Below, piece by piece: positions 44,470 through 54,100 of a stretch of DNA of 64,000 nucleotides (positions are counted from its first letter, which is position 1; each line of letters begins with the position of its first letter). A program made the translations under genes and the position numbers. The notes beneath the pieces are model-generated. The model was not told where the DNA came from, did no database searches, and saw nothing but the letters and a program-made list of their open reading frames with translations. This DNA comes from a virus, in the IMG/VR virus record IMGVR_UViG_3300005563_000033, positions 1 to 64,000 of that record. One strand, given 5' to 3'.

Positions 44470-47400
44470 ATGGCTATTGCTCTACATAGATTTGCGGGTG
44501 CCATGGATTTGGATAGTCCGGATACAGTCAAACAAAAAGGACTGCATGGCCCAGCCCGTAATGGCATCTTTCGCGGAGTGCCTGGAAATTATCGGTGGGA
44601 GTCTAATGTAGGAAATACTTTACGGGCTAATCCCCTTTTGCCAAATACCGGAACGAATAAAAATATAGGCAGGCATTATGACCCGGTTAATCACCGGCTT
44701 TTTTCCTTTAACTGGAATAGTACAGGATTTCACGGGATTTACATATATGATACGCTCCTATCCACATGGTCTAGGCTGATTCAAACAGGCATTAATACCA
44801 TTGGAGACCCATTGGCCTTTACAGCTACGGTAAGAGTTCATAGTATTGACATTTTATACGGAGATGGGACAGCCGGAGACTTATTATTTTTTGTAGACAG
44901 CCAGAAAAGGCCGCGTAAGCTGAATATTCAACGGCTTTTAAATGGTGGGTATGTAAATGTAAGGGATAGTTTTCTAAAAGTTATCAAAGCTCCGCCAATA
45001 CCGCCTCCTAATTGCGTATACGAAAATGACACTACTGTAACAGCTAATAACGTTATAAACTCATTATTTAATTTCTGCTGTACGCATTTGTATGATGATG
45101 CGGAAGAGTCCGTTTTAGGAAGTGCGTGTATTCAGCCATTGCCACCCGATCCATTTGACCCTACGAATAATACACCCGCTTCAAGATGCGCCCGCATAGC
45201 TATTTACCTGCCAACGGGAGACGCCAATGTAAAAAAGATACGAGTATACGGCAAGCAAACAAAAGACGGAAACACAACCGATTGGTTTATTATTGATACG
45301 CTTATAAAGGCTGATTTGGGAATAGCTGATAATACAGTCTACAGGTATCTATTTTTTAATAACGGTAATTATATTCCAGCGGACATTGGTTTTGCTGTTT
45401 TGGATCAGGATTATGTTCCCCAAGCAGCCAATACACAATCTCTTATAAACGGCAGTGTCATTTCCTACGGAGGTATCACAGAGGGGTATAATTTTTTCAA
45501 TCCGTCCTTTGGGATTACTACTTCTAATGTCAATAGTCCCCAATTCATTGCCAATGGAACACTATTCTTTGCGGCTTTTAATGGGCAATTTACGGGCAAT
45601 CAACCGCAATTAACCGTATATTTAACAGGCGTCGGGACTAATGATGGGTTTGGCAATCCCCAAACATTGGAGAAATCCCCGCTTAACCTTATTGTATCGG
45701 CAACTTCCCGATTGGTTTCTATCGTAACAATTATCGACTTTAATTACGTAAATTCTACGAACTCCAACAATATACCATTCTTGTTAACCGCACTACAGGC
45801 ATCGGCGGTAACAGCAGGATGGGTAGTGGTATCTTCAACAGCTAATAGTTTTACTGTATATTACCCAACGGGTGTAATTTCTTTAAAATCTTCCCATACA
45901 GTAGGGTTTACCAACACATCTCCTTATTCATCTGCGGTTAGCTGTCATTTACCCGAATGCGCATACTCTTATGGTGTATTATATAGGGATGCAGATGGTC
46001 GTACGAACGGGGTTATTAGCAATGTAACCGGGAATATAAAAACACAAACCAGAGGGCCAGCCGGCCAGATACCGCAAATACAAATTGGATTAGCCGGTTT
46101 TACACCCCCGCTTTGGGCAGCTTATTACGAGATTGTACGAACGGATAATTTGACGTACAATAAAAGATTAGAGTGGATAAGCGACTCTGCATATAGCGAT
46201 ATAGCCCAAGTAAGTAATATCAAATATGCATACTTTGGCATCAGTAATATACAGTACTACAATGACAGTATAAAAGCTACTGAAGGGGTCGTAAGTTATG
46301 GATTTACGCCGGGAGATCGGATTAAGATTACGGGAAGGTATGATGTAAACGGTAACTTTTTTTCATTGGCATTTGATTATGCTATTTTGGGCGTTACCGT
46401 TGATCCGGTGATTAATGGTCAAGTACAACTGGGAACTTTCATTCAAATATCCTACCCAACGAATGACATAAGCCCTTCTTTTAAATTTGACGGTACGCAA
46501 GACTTTTTACAATATCAAGTGCTTATCTACTCGTACAAAGCCTTTGCCGCCACCAATCAAAACGTATATTTTCAAGTAGGCCATCAGTATGGTATAGGCA
46601 ATCCAGGTACCCTAACTGCCTTCCATTATGGCAATACGGCAGATAATCAAGTAACGCTGACAGACGGGGATGTTTTTTACCGAACGCGGACCGTACCTAT
46701 TATAAACACCTTCTACATGCCAATGGGTTCCTATGAACAAGGGGACCAATACATGACCATTTGGACCTATGCGGGCGGCATTAATCCTTTATCTGATAAC
46801 GCTATTTGGAATGTAGGGGGTGACATACAAAGACCAGCTAGTTTAGACGCGGCTGCGTTCCCGACTTCTGCCAGTGCCGGATGGGTAGTCCAAAACAAGT
46901 CAGCCAACCAGTTTAGCGTACGATTAAGAGGGTCGATTACGGCCATTGAAAAAACGGACCCTAACGGAGCATTTGCGCTGTATGTGAAAGTTGTTCTGCC
47001 AGGACAGGCATTTATCTACAATGTAGTTCCTCAAAAACCAGGATTGAAAGTAGGCGACACGAATTTGTACGAATACGACATAACCATTCCCGTGCCCGCC
47101 GGGGGAAAATTGTGGATTGTAGATTATGTGTTGCTGGATATGCTCATAGGCGGAAGTCCCTTAAGGATAGATATTATCCGGTACATTACACAGAACGTAT
47201 TTGACTACTCCTTTAGTGATATTTATAAGCTGGTAACCAACTCAGATAATAAACCCAACATCATAGATGCAACGGCGTTAAGTACGTATTACAGTACCTT
47301 GTTTCGGTTCAGCCAACCAGATCAATTAGGAACTAATATAAATAATTCCAATCGTTTTTACTTTAATAACTTTGATGAATTTGATAAATCTTTTGGAGAT

Positions 47401-48447
47401 ATTATTAGGATGCGTGTCCGACAAAGGGAGCTTAGGGTTTTTCAATATAGGAGGTGTGGCCAAGTAGGAATTTATCAAAAATTCATCAAGGGTAACACGG
47501 GATCAAACCAGTTGATAACAACCGATACAATTATTACGCCCAATAACATTCATTATTTTGAGGGAGAGTTTGGTATAGGCAACCAGCCGGATAGCTTGTG
47601 TAGTTCTGGTTATCAGGACTATTTTGCTGATCCAGTAAAAGGATATTGGTGCAGACTTTCTTTAAACGGCATAGAACCTATCAGCGAATTGTATAAGGTA
47701 CAAACATTAGCAGGTAATAGGCTTCCTATCTATCTCAATAATTATAACAATGTAAGGGGCGGCTACGCTGTTATTTTGGGAGCCTTTAATTTTTGCAAAG
47801 ACAGGGATGGAGAAGTGATATTTTCTATGCAATCAGGCACAACAAGTGCCGTATCTTTTGCCGGACCTAGCAGTACAACCATAACACAAGGCGCTATTTT
47901 TGGTATATCTCCAAGTACAATACCAGGAGAATCTATTCAATTTAACGAGTCTAAAAATGGATGGACTTCTTTTATGGACGTGGACCCGGATAGTATAGTG
48001 TGCTGTGAAAACCTGCTTATGAGTTCAGTAAATGGAGAATGGTATACCCATGATAATACGTCTGCATATGCCAATTATTTTGGTACTCAGTTCCCATGTA
48101 GTATAACTATTCAGATTAACGATAATTTGGTAGAAAAGAAAACTTTTCTTAGCCTCACAGAAGTGGCGAATCAAATATGGGAATGCCCGTCTATTACAAC
48201 TAATCTGATGAGCTACGGAACTACTCCGCAGCAAAGTAATTTGGTGGCGGAAGATTTTGCGGCCTTGGAAAGTACGTTTAATTCTAGTTTTTGGAGAGAT
48301 GCCAACTCGATTGGTGGCCAATTTAACGGTAATGCTTTGAAGGGGAACTTAATTGTTATACAATTCCAAGTGACCAATCCGGCCAATTTCGTAAATTTAA
48401 CTGACATTTCGGTGCATTACATTGAGTCACGAAGAAACAATAGATAA
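44470..48447 (+). CDS. Tail muzzle / stabilization (nozzle) protein
   Basis: 1325 aa; GAMDLD start, LFFVD..PRKLNI, EFGIGNQPDS, RLSLNGIEPIS, FNESKNGWTSF; beta-propeller-like. Confidence 0.8.
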   Translation: MAIALHRFAGAMDLDSPDTVKQKGLHGPARNGIFRGVPGNYRWESNVGNTLRANPLLPNTGTNKNIGRHYDPVNHRLFSFNWNSTGFHGIYIYDTLLSTWSRLIQTGINTIGDPLAFTATVRVHSIDILYGDGTAGDLLFFVDSQKRPRKLNIQRLLNGGYVNVRDSFLKVIKAPPIPPPNCVYENDTTVTANNVINSLFNFCCTHLYDDAEESVLGSACIQPLPPDPFDPTNNTPASRCARIAIYLPTGDANVKKIRVYGKQTKDGNTTDWFIIDTLIKADLGIADNTVYRYLFFNNGNYIPADIGFAVLDQDYVPQAANTQSLINGSVISYGGITEGYNFFNPSFGITTSNVNSPQFIANGTLFFAAFNGQFTGNQPQLTVYLTGVGTNDGFGNPQTLEKSPLNLIVSATSRLVSIVTIIDFNYVNSTNSNNIPFLLTALQASAVTAGWVVVSSTANSFTVYYPTGVISLKSSHTVGFTNTSPYSSAVSCHLPECAYSYGVLYRDADGRTNGVISNVTGNIKTQTRGPAGQIPQIQIGLAGFTPPLWAAYYEIVRTDNLTYNKRLEWISDSAYSDIAQVSNIKYAYFGISNIQYYNDSIKATEGVVSYGFTPGDRIKITGRYDVNGNFFSLAFDYAILGVTVDPVINGQVQLGTFIQISYPTNDISPSFKFDGTQDFLQYQVLIYSYKAFAATNQNVYFQVGHQYGIGNPGTLTAFHYGNTADNQVTLTDGDVFYRTRTVPIINTFYMPMGSYEQGDQYMTIWTYAGGINPLSDNAIWNVGGDIQRPASLDAAAFPTSASAGWVVQNKSANQFSVRLRGSITAIEKTDPNGAFALYVKVVLPGQAFIYNVVPQKPGLKVGDTNLYEYDITIPVPAGGKLWIVDYVLLDMLIGGSPLRIDIIRYITQNVFDYSFSDIYKLVTNSDNKPNIIDATALSTYYSTLFRFSQPDQLGTNINNSNRFYFNNFDEFDKSFGDIIRMRVRQRELRVFQYRRCGQVGIYQKFIKGNTGSNQLITTDTIITPNNIHYFEGEFGIGNQPDSLCSSGYQDYFADPVKGYWCRLSLNGIEPISELYKVQTLAGNRLPIYLNNYNNVRGGYAVILGAFNFCKDRDGEVIFSMQSGTTSAVSFAGPSSTTITQGAIFGISPSTIPGESIQFNESKNGWTSFMDVDPDSIVCCENLLMSSVNGEWYTHDNTSAYANYFGTQFPCSITIQINDNLVEKKTFLSLTEVANQIWECPSITTNLMSYGTTPQQSNLVAEDFAALESTFNSSFWRDANSIGGQFNGNALKGNLIVIQFQVTNPANFVNLTDISVHYIESRRNNR

Positions 48448-48671
48448 TGGGAGAATTGACGCGAAAAATAGAAAACTGGGAGCATTATTGGAATGTTTGC
48501 AAGACCAGACCGGATTTGAAGGAATTTAAAGACTTGCTGCACGTGAATGCCAATATGCCCCATATGAAAATTGGAGAAAACTTAATCAGTACCAAGGACG
48601 GAAACAAAACATTTAATCAACTGGTAAAAGAATTAGCGCCTAAAAATGATAGCGAAGCCAATAACATATAA
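48447..48671 (+). CDS. Hypothetical protein
   Basis: 74-aa coupled ORF. Confidence 0.6.
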   Translation: MGELTRKIENWEHYWNVCKTRPDLKEFKDLLHVNANMPHMKIGENLISTKDGNKTFNQLVKELAPKNDSEANNI

Positions 48672-49074
48672 GGAATTCGAAATGGCCATTAAAACGGTCT
48701 TTGAGGGCGATAAAGATGCCGTTGCCTTATATGACCCAAAGGCAACTATTGAAAGCGTTGACGACATTATAAGAGATGTAGTATTAAAGGTCCGTACATA
48801 TGAAAATGCCATTTACAAGGGGATTTTTGAAAAAGGTAAATTGATCGGCTATTATGTCTATGAAGACAATTCCCTTGTGAGTTTCGGCCTTAATCCACAA
48901 TACAGGATAAGGAATTATTTAAGAGAATTTTTCGGCATCATTAAAAAGGAATTATCTAAGCCATTTTTTTGTGTGTTACACAGCAGGAATTTGAGGGGAG
49001 TTAAATGGCTAAGAAAAATGGGCATGGAAATAAATGACTCAAACCCTTTACAAACACAATTAATATATAAATAA
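48646..49074 (+). CDS. GNAT-fold protein (T7 gp13-like position)
   Basis: SFGLNPQYR...NLRGVKWLRKMGM; lies between nozzle and ejection genes. Confidence 0.65.
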   Translation: MIAKPITYKEFEMAIKTVFEGDKDAVALYDPKATIESVDDIIRDVVLKVRTYENAIYKGIFEKGKLIGYYVYEDNSLVSFGLNPQYRIRNYLREFFGIIKKELSKPFFCVLHSRNLRGVKWLRKMGMEINDSNPLQTQLIYK

Positions 49075-49075
49075 A

Positions 49076-49744
49076 ATGCCCGTATCGGCCATCAGCAGTA
49101 TGTTTTCCAAAACCCTTCAGACGGGAGCCGGGGTATTGCAAACCGGCTTCGGGTTGTTTGGAATGCACAAGAACCAAAAGGCGTTGGATGCGCTGTCCAA
49201 TCCCATGTACACCCCGAGTAGGGCCATTGCAGACTATTACAGTGCGGCAAAAAGTAGGTATGATGCAGGGCCGTATAATTCTAACTATTACCAGCAAGCT
49301 GAAAAAAATACTGGACGCGGCTTAGCTACGGGGATTAATGCGCTAGTCGATAGACGCTCCTCTGGTAATGTGGCCGGATTGGTACAAGGAGCCGAAGATC
49401 AATTACAAAAAGCAGGTGTACAGGCAGAGGCCATGCAAAGCAGAAATTTAGCCCAATTAGGACAAGCAGCAGGCGCTAAGGCGGGCGATGAACGGTACGC
49501 ATTTGGTGTCAACCAAGAGGCTCCTTTTGAACGTAAATATGGGGAGTTAAGCCAGCGGTTACAAAATTCAAGAGCCTTGTTTAATTCCGGAGTTAGTAAT
49601 TTGTTTGGCGGGTTAACGGGCGGCGGCGGTCAGGGTCTTGGGGGTATAATGAATCTACCGGGTGCTTTAAGAGGAACCAGCGGGCTATCGGGGGCAACGA
49701 ATCCATACACACCTTCTTATTCAAATAGTCAATTCAACGATTAA
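49076..49744 (+). CDS. Ejection (internal virion) protein, small
   Basis: Gly/Ala/Gln-rich with hydrophobic Gly-rich ends. Confidence 0.7.
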   Translation: MPVSAISSMFSKTLQTGAGVLQTGFGLFGMHKNQKALDALSNPMYTPSRAIADYYSAAKSRYDAGPYNSNYYQQAEKNTGRGLATGINALVDRRSSGNVAGLVQGAEDQLQKAGVQAEAMQSRNLAQLGQAAGAKAGDERYAFGVNQEAPFERKYGELSQRLQNSRALFNSGVSNLFGGLTGGGGQGLGGIMNLPGALRGTSGLSGATNPYTPSYSNSQFND

Positions 49745-51147
49745 TGGCCAAACGTTTTCATATACCTACTGTTGGTAATGTGGCTGCCGGAGCCGTGGTG
49801 TTTAATCCGCACTATGACAACATGGCCCGTCAAATGCAGATGCACCAACTGGCCAAAGATCAGGCATTGGGTCAATACTACAGCAAGCTGGAAAATAGCA
49901 TCAATCCGGCAGGCGTTAGGCAACAGGATATGGACGGATGGCAGAAAAAACTACAGGATTGGCAAGCGTTTGCTATCGAAAATAGACAAGCTCTTATTAA
50001 TCCCAACCTAGACAGAGGGCAGGCCATGCGTAGGTTCGGAGCCATGCACCAAGACCTTTTGGGAGATATTCAAAAATCAAAGGCGGCCGCTGCTACAGAA
50101 AGGGCCGTTCAGCCGCTTTTTCTTGACCCGAAAAGAAGGGCTTTAACTACCAATAAAGACCTAGAATACGGACACCGGCTAAGTGCTTCTATTTATGATC
50201 CACAGCATTACAAAGACGATGGAGTCACACCCATAGCACCGGAAGATTTTTCTTTTAACGCGGCCCCTTATGATGTAAACAAACAGAGAACTACCAATAT
50301 TGAATTAACGAGGGGATTGAAGCAAGAAAAAACATATGGTAAGGGGAAGGTAAATGAAGCAGAACTAAAAGATTATGTGCCTTTTACGTTAAAGCATTCG
50401 CCCCAAAACCTACGGGTTATTGGTGATCGGATGGCATCTTTGTATGGGAGTGGGGATCATGGAGACAAGTCCATCCAACAGTATTATGACAACTTCCCTG
50501 TAGACGCCGCCGCTCATGAGCAATTGGATAAAGCCTATCGTTCGGTCTATCCAGAAGATAAAGACGGCATTGGAACGGACCCCAAAAAATTGGCTATGGC
50601 CCATGCTATCCAATTAAACTCCCAAGAAACACAAGGGACAGAGATAAAAGGCTGGTCTCGACCACCACAAGGCCGTCAATTGAGTCAAACCAAGCAAGCA
50701 CAACAGGATATGGCTAACTGGATAAATGGATTCTCAACAGCCATAAAGAACGGGGATGAGGGAGAAATGAACCGGTACGGGGACCTTTTATATGGCGGGA
50801 AAGGGCAGAGCAAGTATCAAGGATTAGAGAAAGGGCCGGTTGAAACTGGTAATCCACCCGGGCTACACCTAATAGAAAATATTAAGCCAGGGGTTAGTAT
50901 TATCCATCAGGATCAGGTTTTCAACCCCACTAAGGGTATTTATGAACCGCAGACCTTACGAGAACAATTAGACCCGAACGACCCGGCACTGGCAGATAAA
51001 CTAGGGAGAATTTATCAAATGCATATGGGAAGTTCTTCCCCGATGAAGAATGTTCTTTTGAAAAGCGCCGTCAATCAACCGCCGCCCCCTAGCACGAAAC
51101 CCGCTCCCGTAACACCCGAAAAAGACCCATTAGGACTATTTAAATAA
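49744..51147 (+). CDS. Ejection (internal virion) protein, middle
   Basis: 467 aa between the small and giant ejection genes. Confidence 0.6.
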   Translation: MAKRFHIPTVGNVAAGAVVFNPHYDNMARQMQMHQLAKDQALGQYYSKLENSINPAGVRQQDMDGWQKKLQDWQAFAIENRQALINPNLDRGQAMRRFGAMHQDLLGDIQKSKAAAATERAVQPLFLDPKRRALTTNKDLEYGHRLSASIYDPQHYKDDGVTPIAPEDFSFNAAPYDVNKQRTTNIELTRGLKQEKTYGKGKVNEAELKDYVPFTLKHSPQNLRVIGDRMASLYGSGDHGDKSIQQYYDNFPVDAAAHEQLDKAYRSVYPEDKDGIGTDPKKLAMAHAIQLNSQETQGTEIKGWSRPPQGRQLSQTKQAQQDMANWINGFSTAIKNGDEGEMNRYGDLLYGGKGQSKYQGLEKGPVETGNPPGLHLIENIKPGVSIIHQDQVFNPTKGIYEPQTLREQLDPNDPALADKLGRIYQMHMGSSSPMKNVLLKSAVNQPPPPSTKPAPVTPEKDPLGLFK

Positions 51148-54100
51148 TGCCTGTAAATAAATACGATATACCAACCTTTGCTTCTCGAATAAAAGAGAAA
51201 TACCCCCAATATAAGGATGTTAATGATACAACGTTAACTAAGGCTATCGTAGACAAGCATCCAGAATATAGAGAGGCGGTTGACTTGTCTGGACTCGACA
51301 AACAGACTTCGCCCGTCGATCAAGGTATTGACAAAACCACGAACAAGGTTAACCAATCTATCCAATTCAATGGGACTTTCCAGCCGGATTTAGAGGGTGA
51401 AAAGAACGGCGTTTATACCAATGACCCCGATTACCAGAAGCAAAAGGCCGACTTCGTAAGCAAGATCATGACGGATCAACAAGGGCGACTACTTTATCCC
51501 GAACAGGATACCAAGGGGAACTGGGTAAACTATTATACCAAAGAGCCTATTGTAAACTTTGATCCACACGAAATGAGGGGGAAAATACTGCAAGTTCCCC
51601 ATGAATATCTCCCGGCAACAGGTGGTAAAAAGTTCATCACCCCCGTTTATAATCAAAAGACAGGAAGTTACGACTTCCCGGATGTGCAAACACCAGATGT
51701 GCCGCATCAAGAAACGCTACCAGAAGCAACCGTTTATGGAGGTAAAAAAGGAAATGGAGAATCTCCTGAATTACAAGGGCTCTCACCTGAAGTAAATTCT
51801 ATACTTGATGAATCCGGCAAACAGGGGGGGCAATTTTCGCAGATTCTAAAAAAGAACCCATCATTAGCGCAAGATATAGACAAAACGCTGAAAAAATACG
51901 GCGAACCTTATGTCCAATCCCTTAAAACAGGTAGTGAAGCGATGAGCAATGTCCTTCAAAAAACTGTAGAGGATAAGTTTGATCTGAATAAACCATTGCC
52001 ACAAGACGTTGACCCGGCTATCTTAAATGGGCATTTGAATGTCTTAAATAACTTTGAGAAAAACAGGAAACAATTTGAGGATACGCAGAAAGAACTACAA
52101 AGACAGGCAGATTTAATAGCCGACAAAGCAAAAAGGACCGGGCAGCCGATTGCTCAACAGGATGTAGATATATTGAATCAAAAATCTGCTAAAAATACAG
52201 CCAATTGGAATGAATATACCAAGGCAGTTAAATATGCGCAGAACTTTGTAGAACAACCGGCTGTAAAAAACTATTTGGATGAATTTAAAAAACGGCAATC
52301 CGGCCTTCAATTATTGGATGAAGTTCGGCAAAGAACCTTCCCAAGTGATATAAACAAGGAAATAAAACAAGATGAATACGACCGAAAAGCCATTGAGGGG
52401 AATCTAAATGCCTGGGATTACGCGAAAACATTCATGGGTAAGGCCGGTGCTGGTATTTCTAATATAGGGGAATCTGTTTTAAAAGCCGCTCCTAGCGTAG
52501 TTACAGGCGGCGCACTAAGATGGTCTCCGGAAGGGGAAGCCAAGATAGAAAGTCTTAATAATGGGGCACAACAATTTTTATCAGCCAATCTCCCGTCTAT
52601 TTCCCAAGAAGCATTACAAGAAATGGACAAGCGGGGAATGGGGCATTTGATTGATGATATAAGCTCTACCTTGGGAGGATTTGCGCCTTATATTATTCCG
52701 GGCGCAGCAGGAGAAGGGTTAGGGGCTAAAGCAGCTACGTTTGCGACTGCCTTAGCAGAAAGTGTTCCTACGGTTCGAAAAGAGGCCGAAAAAGCTGGCT
52801 TAACCGGAGCAGCTTACAATACCTTCATTACGGCCAAGCCTTTGATTAATGCGGCCTTTATGACCTTACTGCCCAATGTGAAATTTGCCAAAGGATTCGA
52901 TAATGATCTAGCTAAATCTATTGTAAATGGGGAATTTAATAGCCCGAAACGATTCTTGTTGAATATGGCATCCAAAGCATTGAAAGACCCTAGCGACATT
53001 GCCCACTTGCAGGCTATGTTATCCGGAACCGAAATAGGAAACAATTTGGTCAATCAAATTACCAATGCCATCCAAAAGGGTCAGGATATTGACAGAGGCA
53101 TTAGCAGAAAAGAAGGACTACCCGTTGACTATTCGAATATAATCAATCCCAGACAGACGGCAGTTATGGCATTGGCTGGTAAAGTGCTGGAAACAATCCC
53201 GACCCTTAAAAATGCTATAGGAGATCGGATAGCCGGAAAAGATATTGCCGAAACGTACAACCATATTCAAAGTAATATAGTCGAACTAGCTGCCCATAAC
53301 TTAGATGGCGTAAGCAAGCAAGTGGACGCCTTAGTGAAGAAAGACCCCGGTAATATATATGCGCAACACCTCAAAAATACGTTACAAGATTTTGCTTATG
53401 CCAAAGCGCATATGCCGGAAGGATTAAATGAGGATCAGCAAGCGGCTATCTTTTCACTTCAGCAAGAAACTTCCAAGGCACAACGGCAACTATCAACTGC
53501 TGACCCCATGTATCAACCTCACCTGCAAAAAATGGTAGAGGAATACAATAAACAAATTGGAGATATCATAAAGAATCCTAATAAAGCTATCGACTATTTA
53601 AAAGATTCTCATAAAGATTTGCAGGAACAAATTTTATCACCTCAAACAGAACAAAATGGCAAAGAAACCGAAGCCAATGCCCAAGCCGAAGGGGTATTAA
53701 GCCAACCAGAAGGCGAAGCTAAGGAAGTAGCTGCAAAATCGCCTTCTTATCTTCTTTCCAGACATGCGGATACAAAAAAAGACGAAGAGGGGAAAGTGAG
53801 CGGACCGAACCAGCATCCATTGTCCGAGATGGGTAAAAAAGATGCCGACGACTTGGCGACTGAAGTGCAAATGCAAGCAGATAAAACCGGCATTCCTATT
53901 ACTAAAATCGTTCACTCCGGGTTAGAGAGATCAGCGGAAACAGCCAATAGAGTGGCAAACAGGGTAAAGGCTCGCACTGTGAGTGATCCTGATTTAAACA
54001 CATGGGCTAATGGAGATTTCGACAATATTTCAGACCAAGAGTGGAAGGATGTACAAGCATGGTATGGAGAGCATCCTGACGAAGTAGTTTACGATGGGCC

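Noticed and set aside
51601-51795. Another nested ORF in the giant gene
   Set aside because: No recognisable pattern or strong start context, unlike the 54895 ORF
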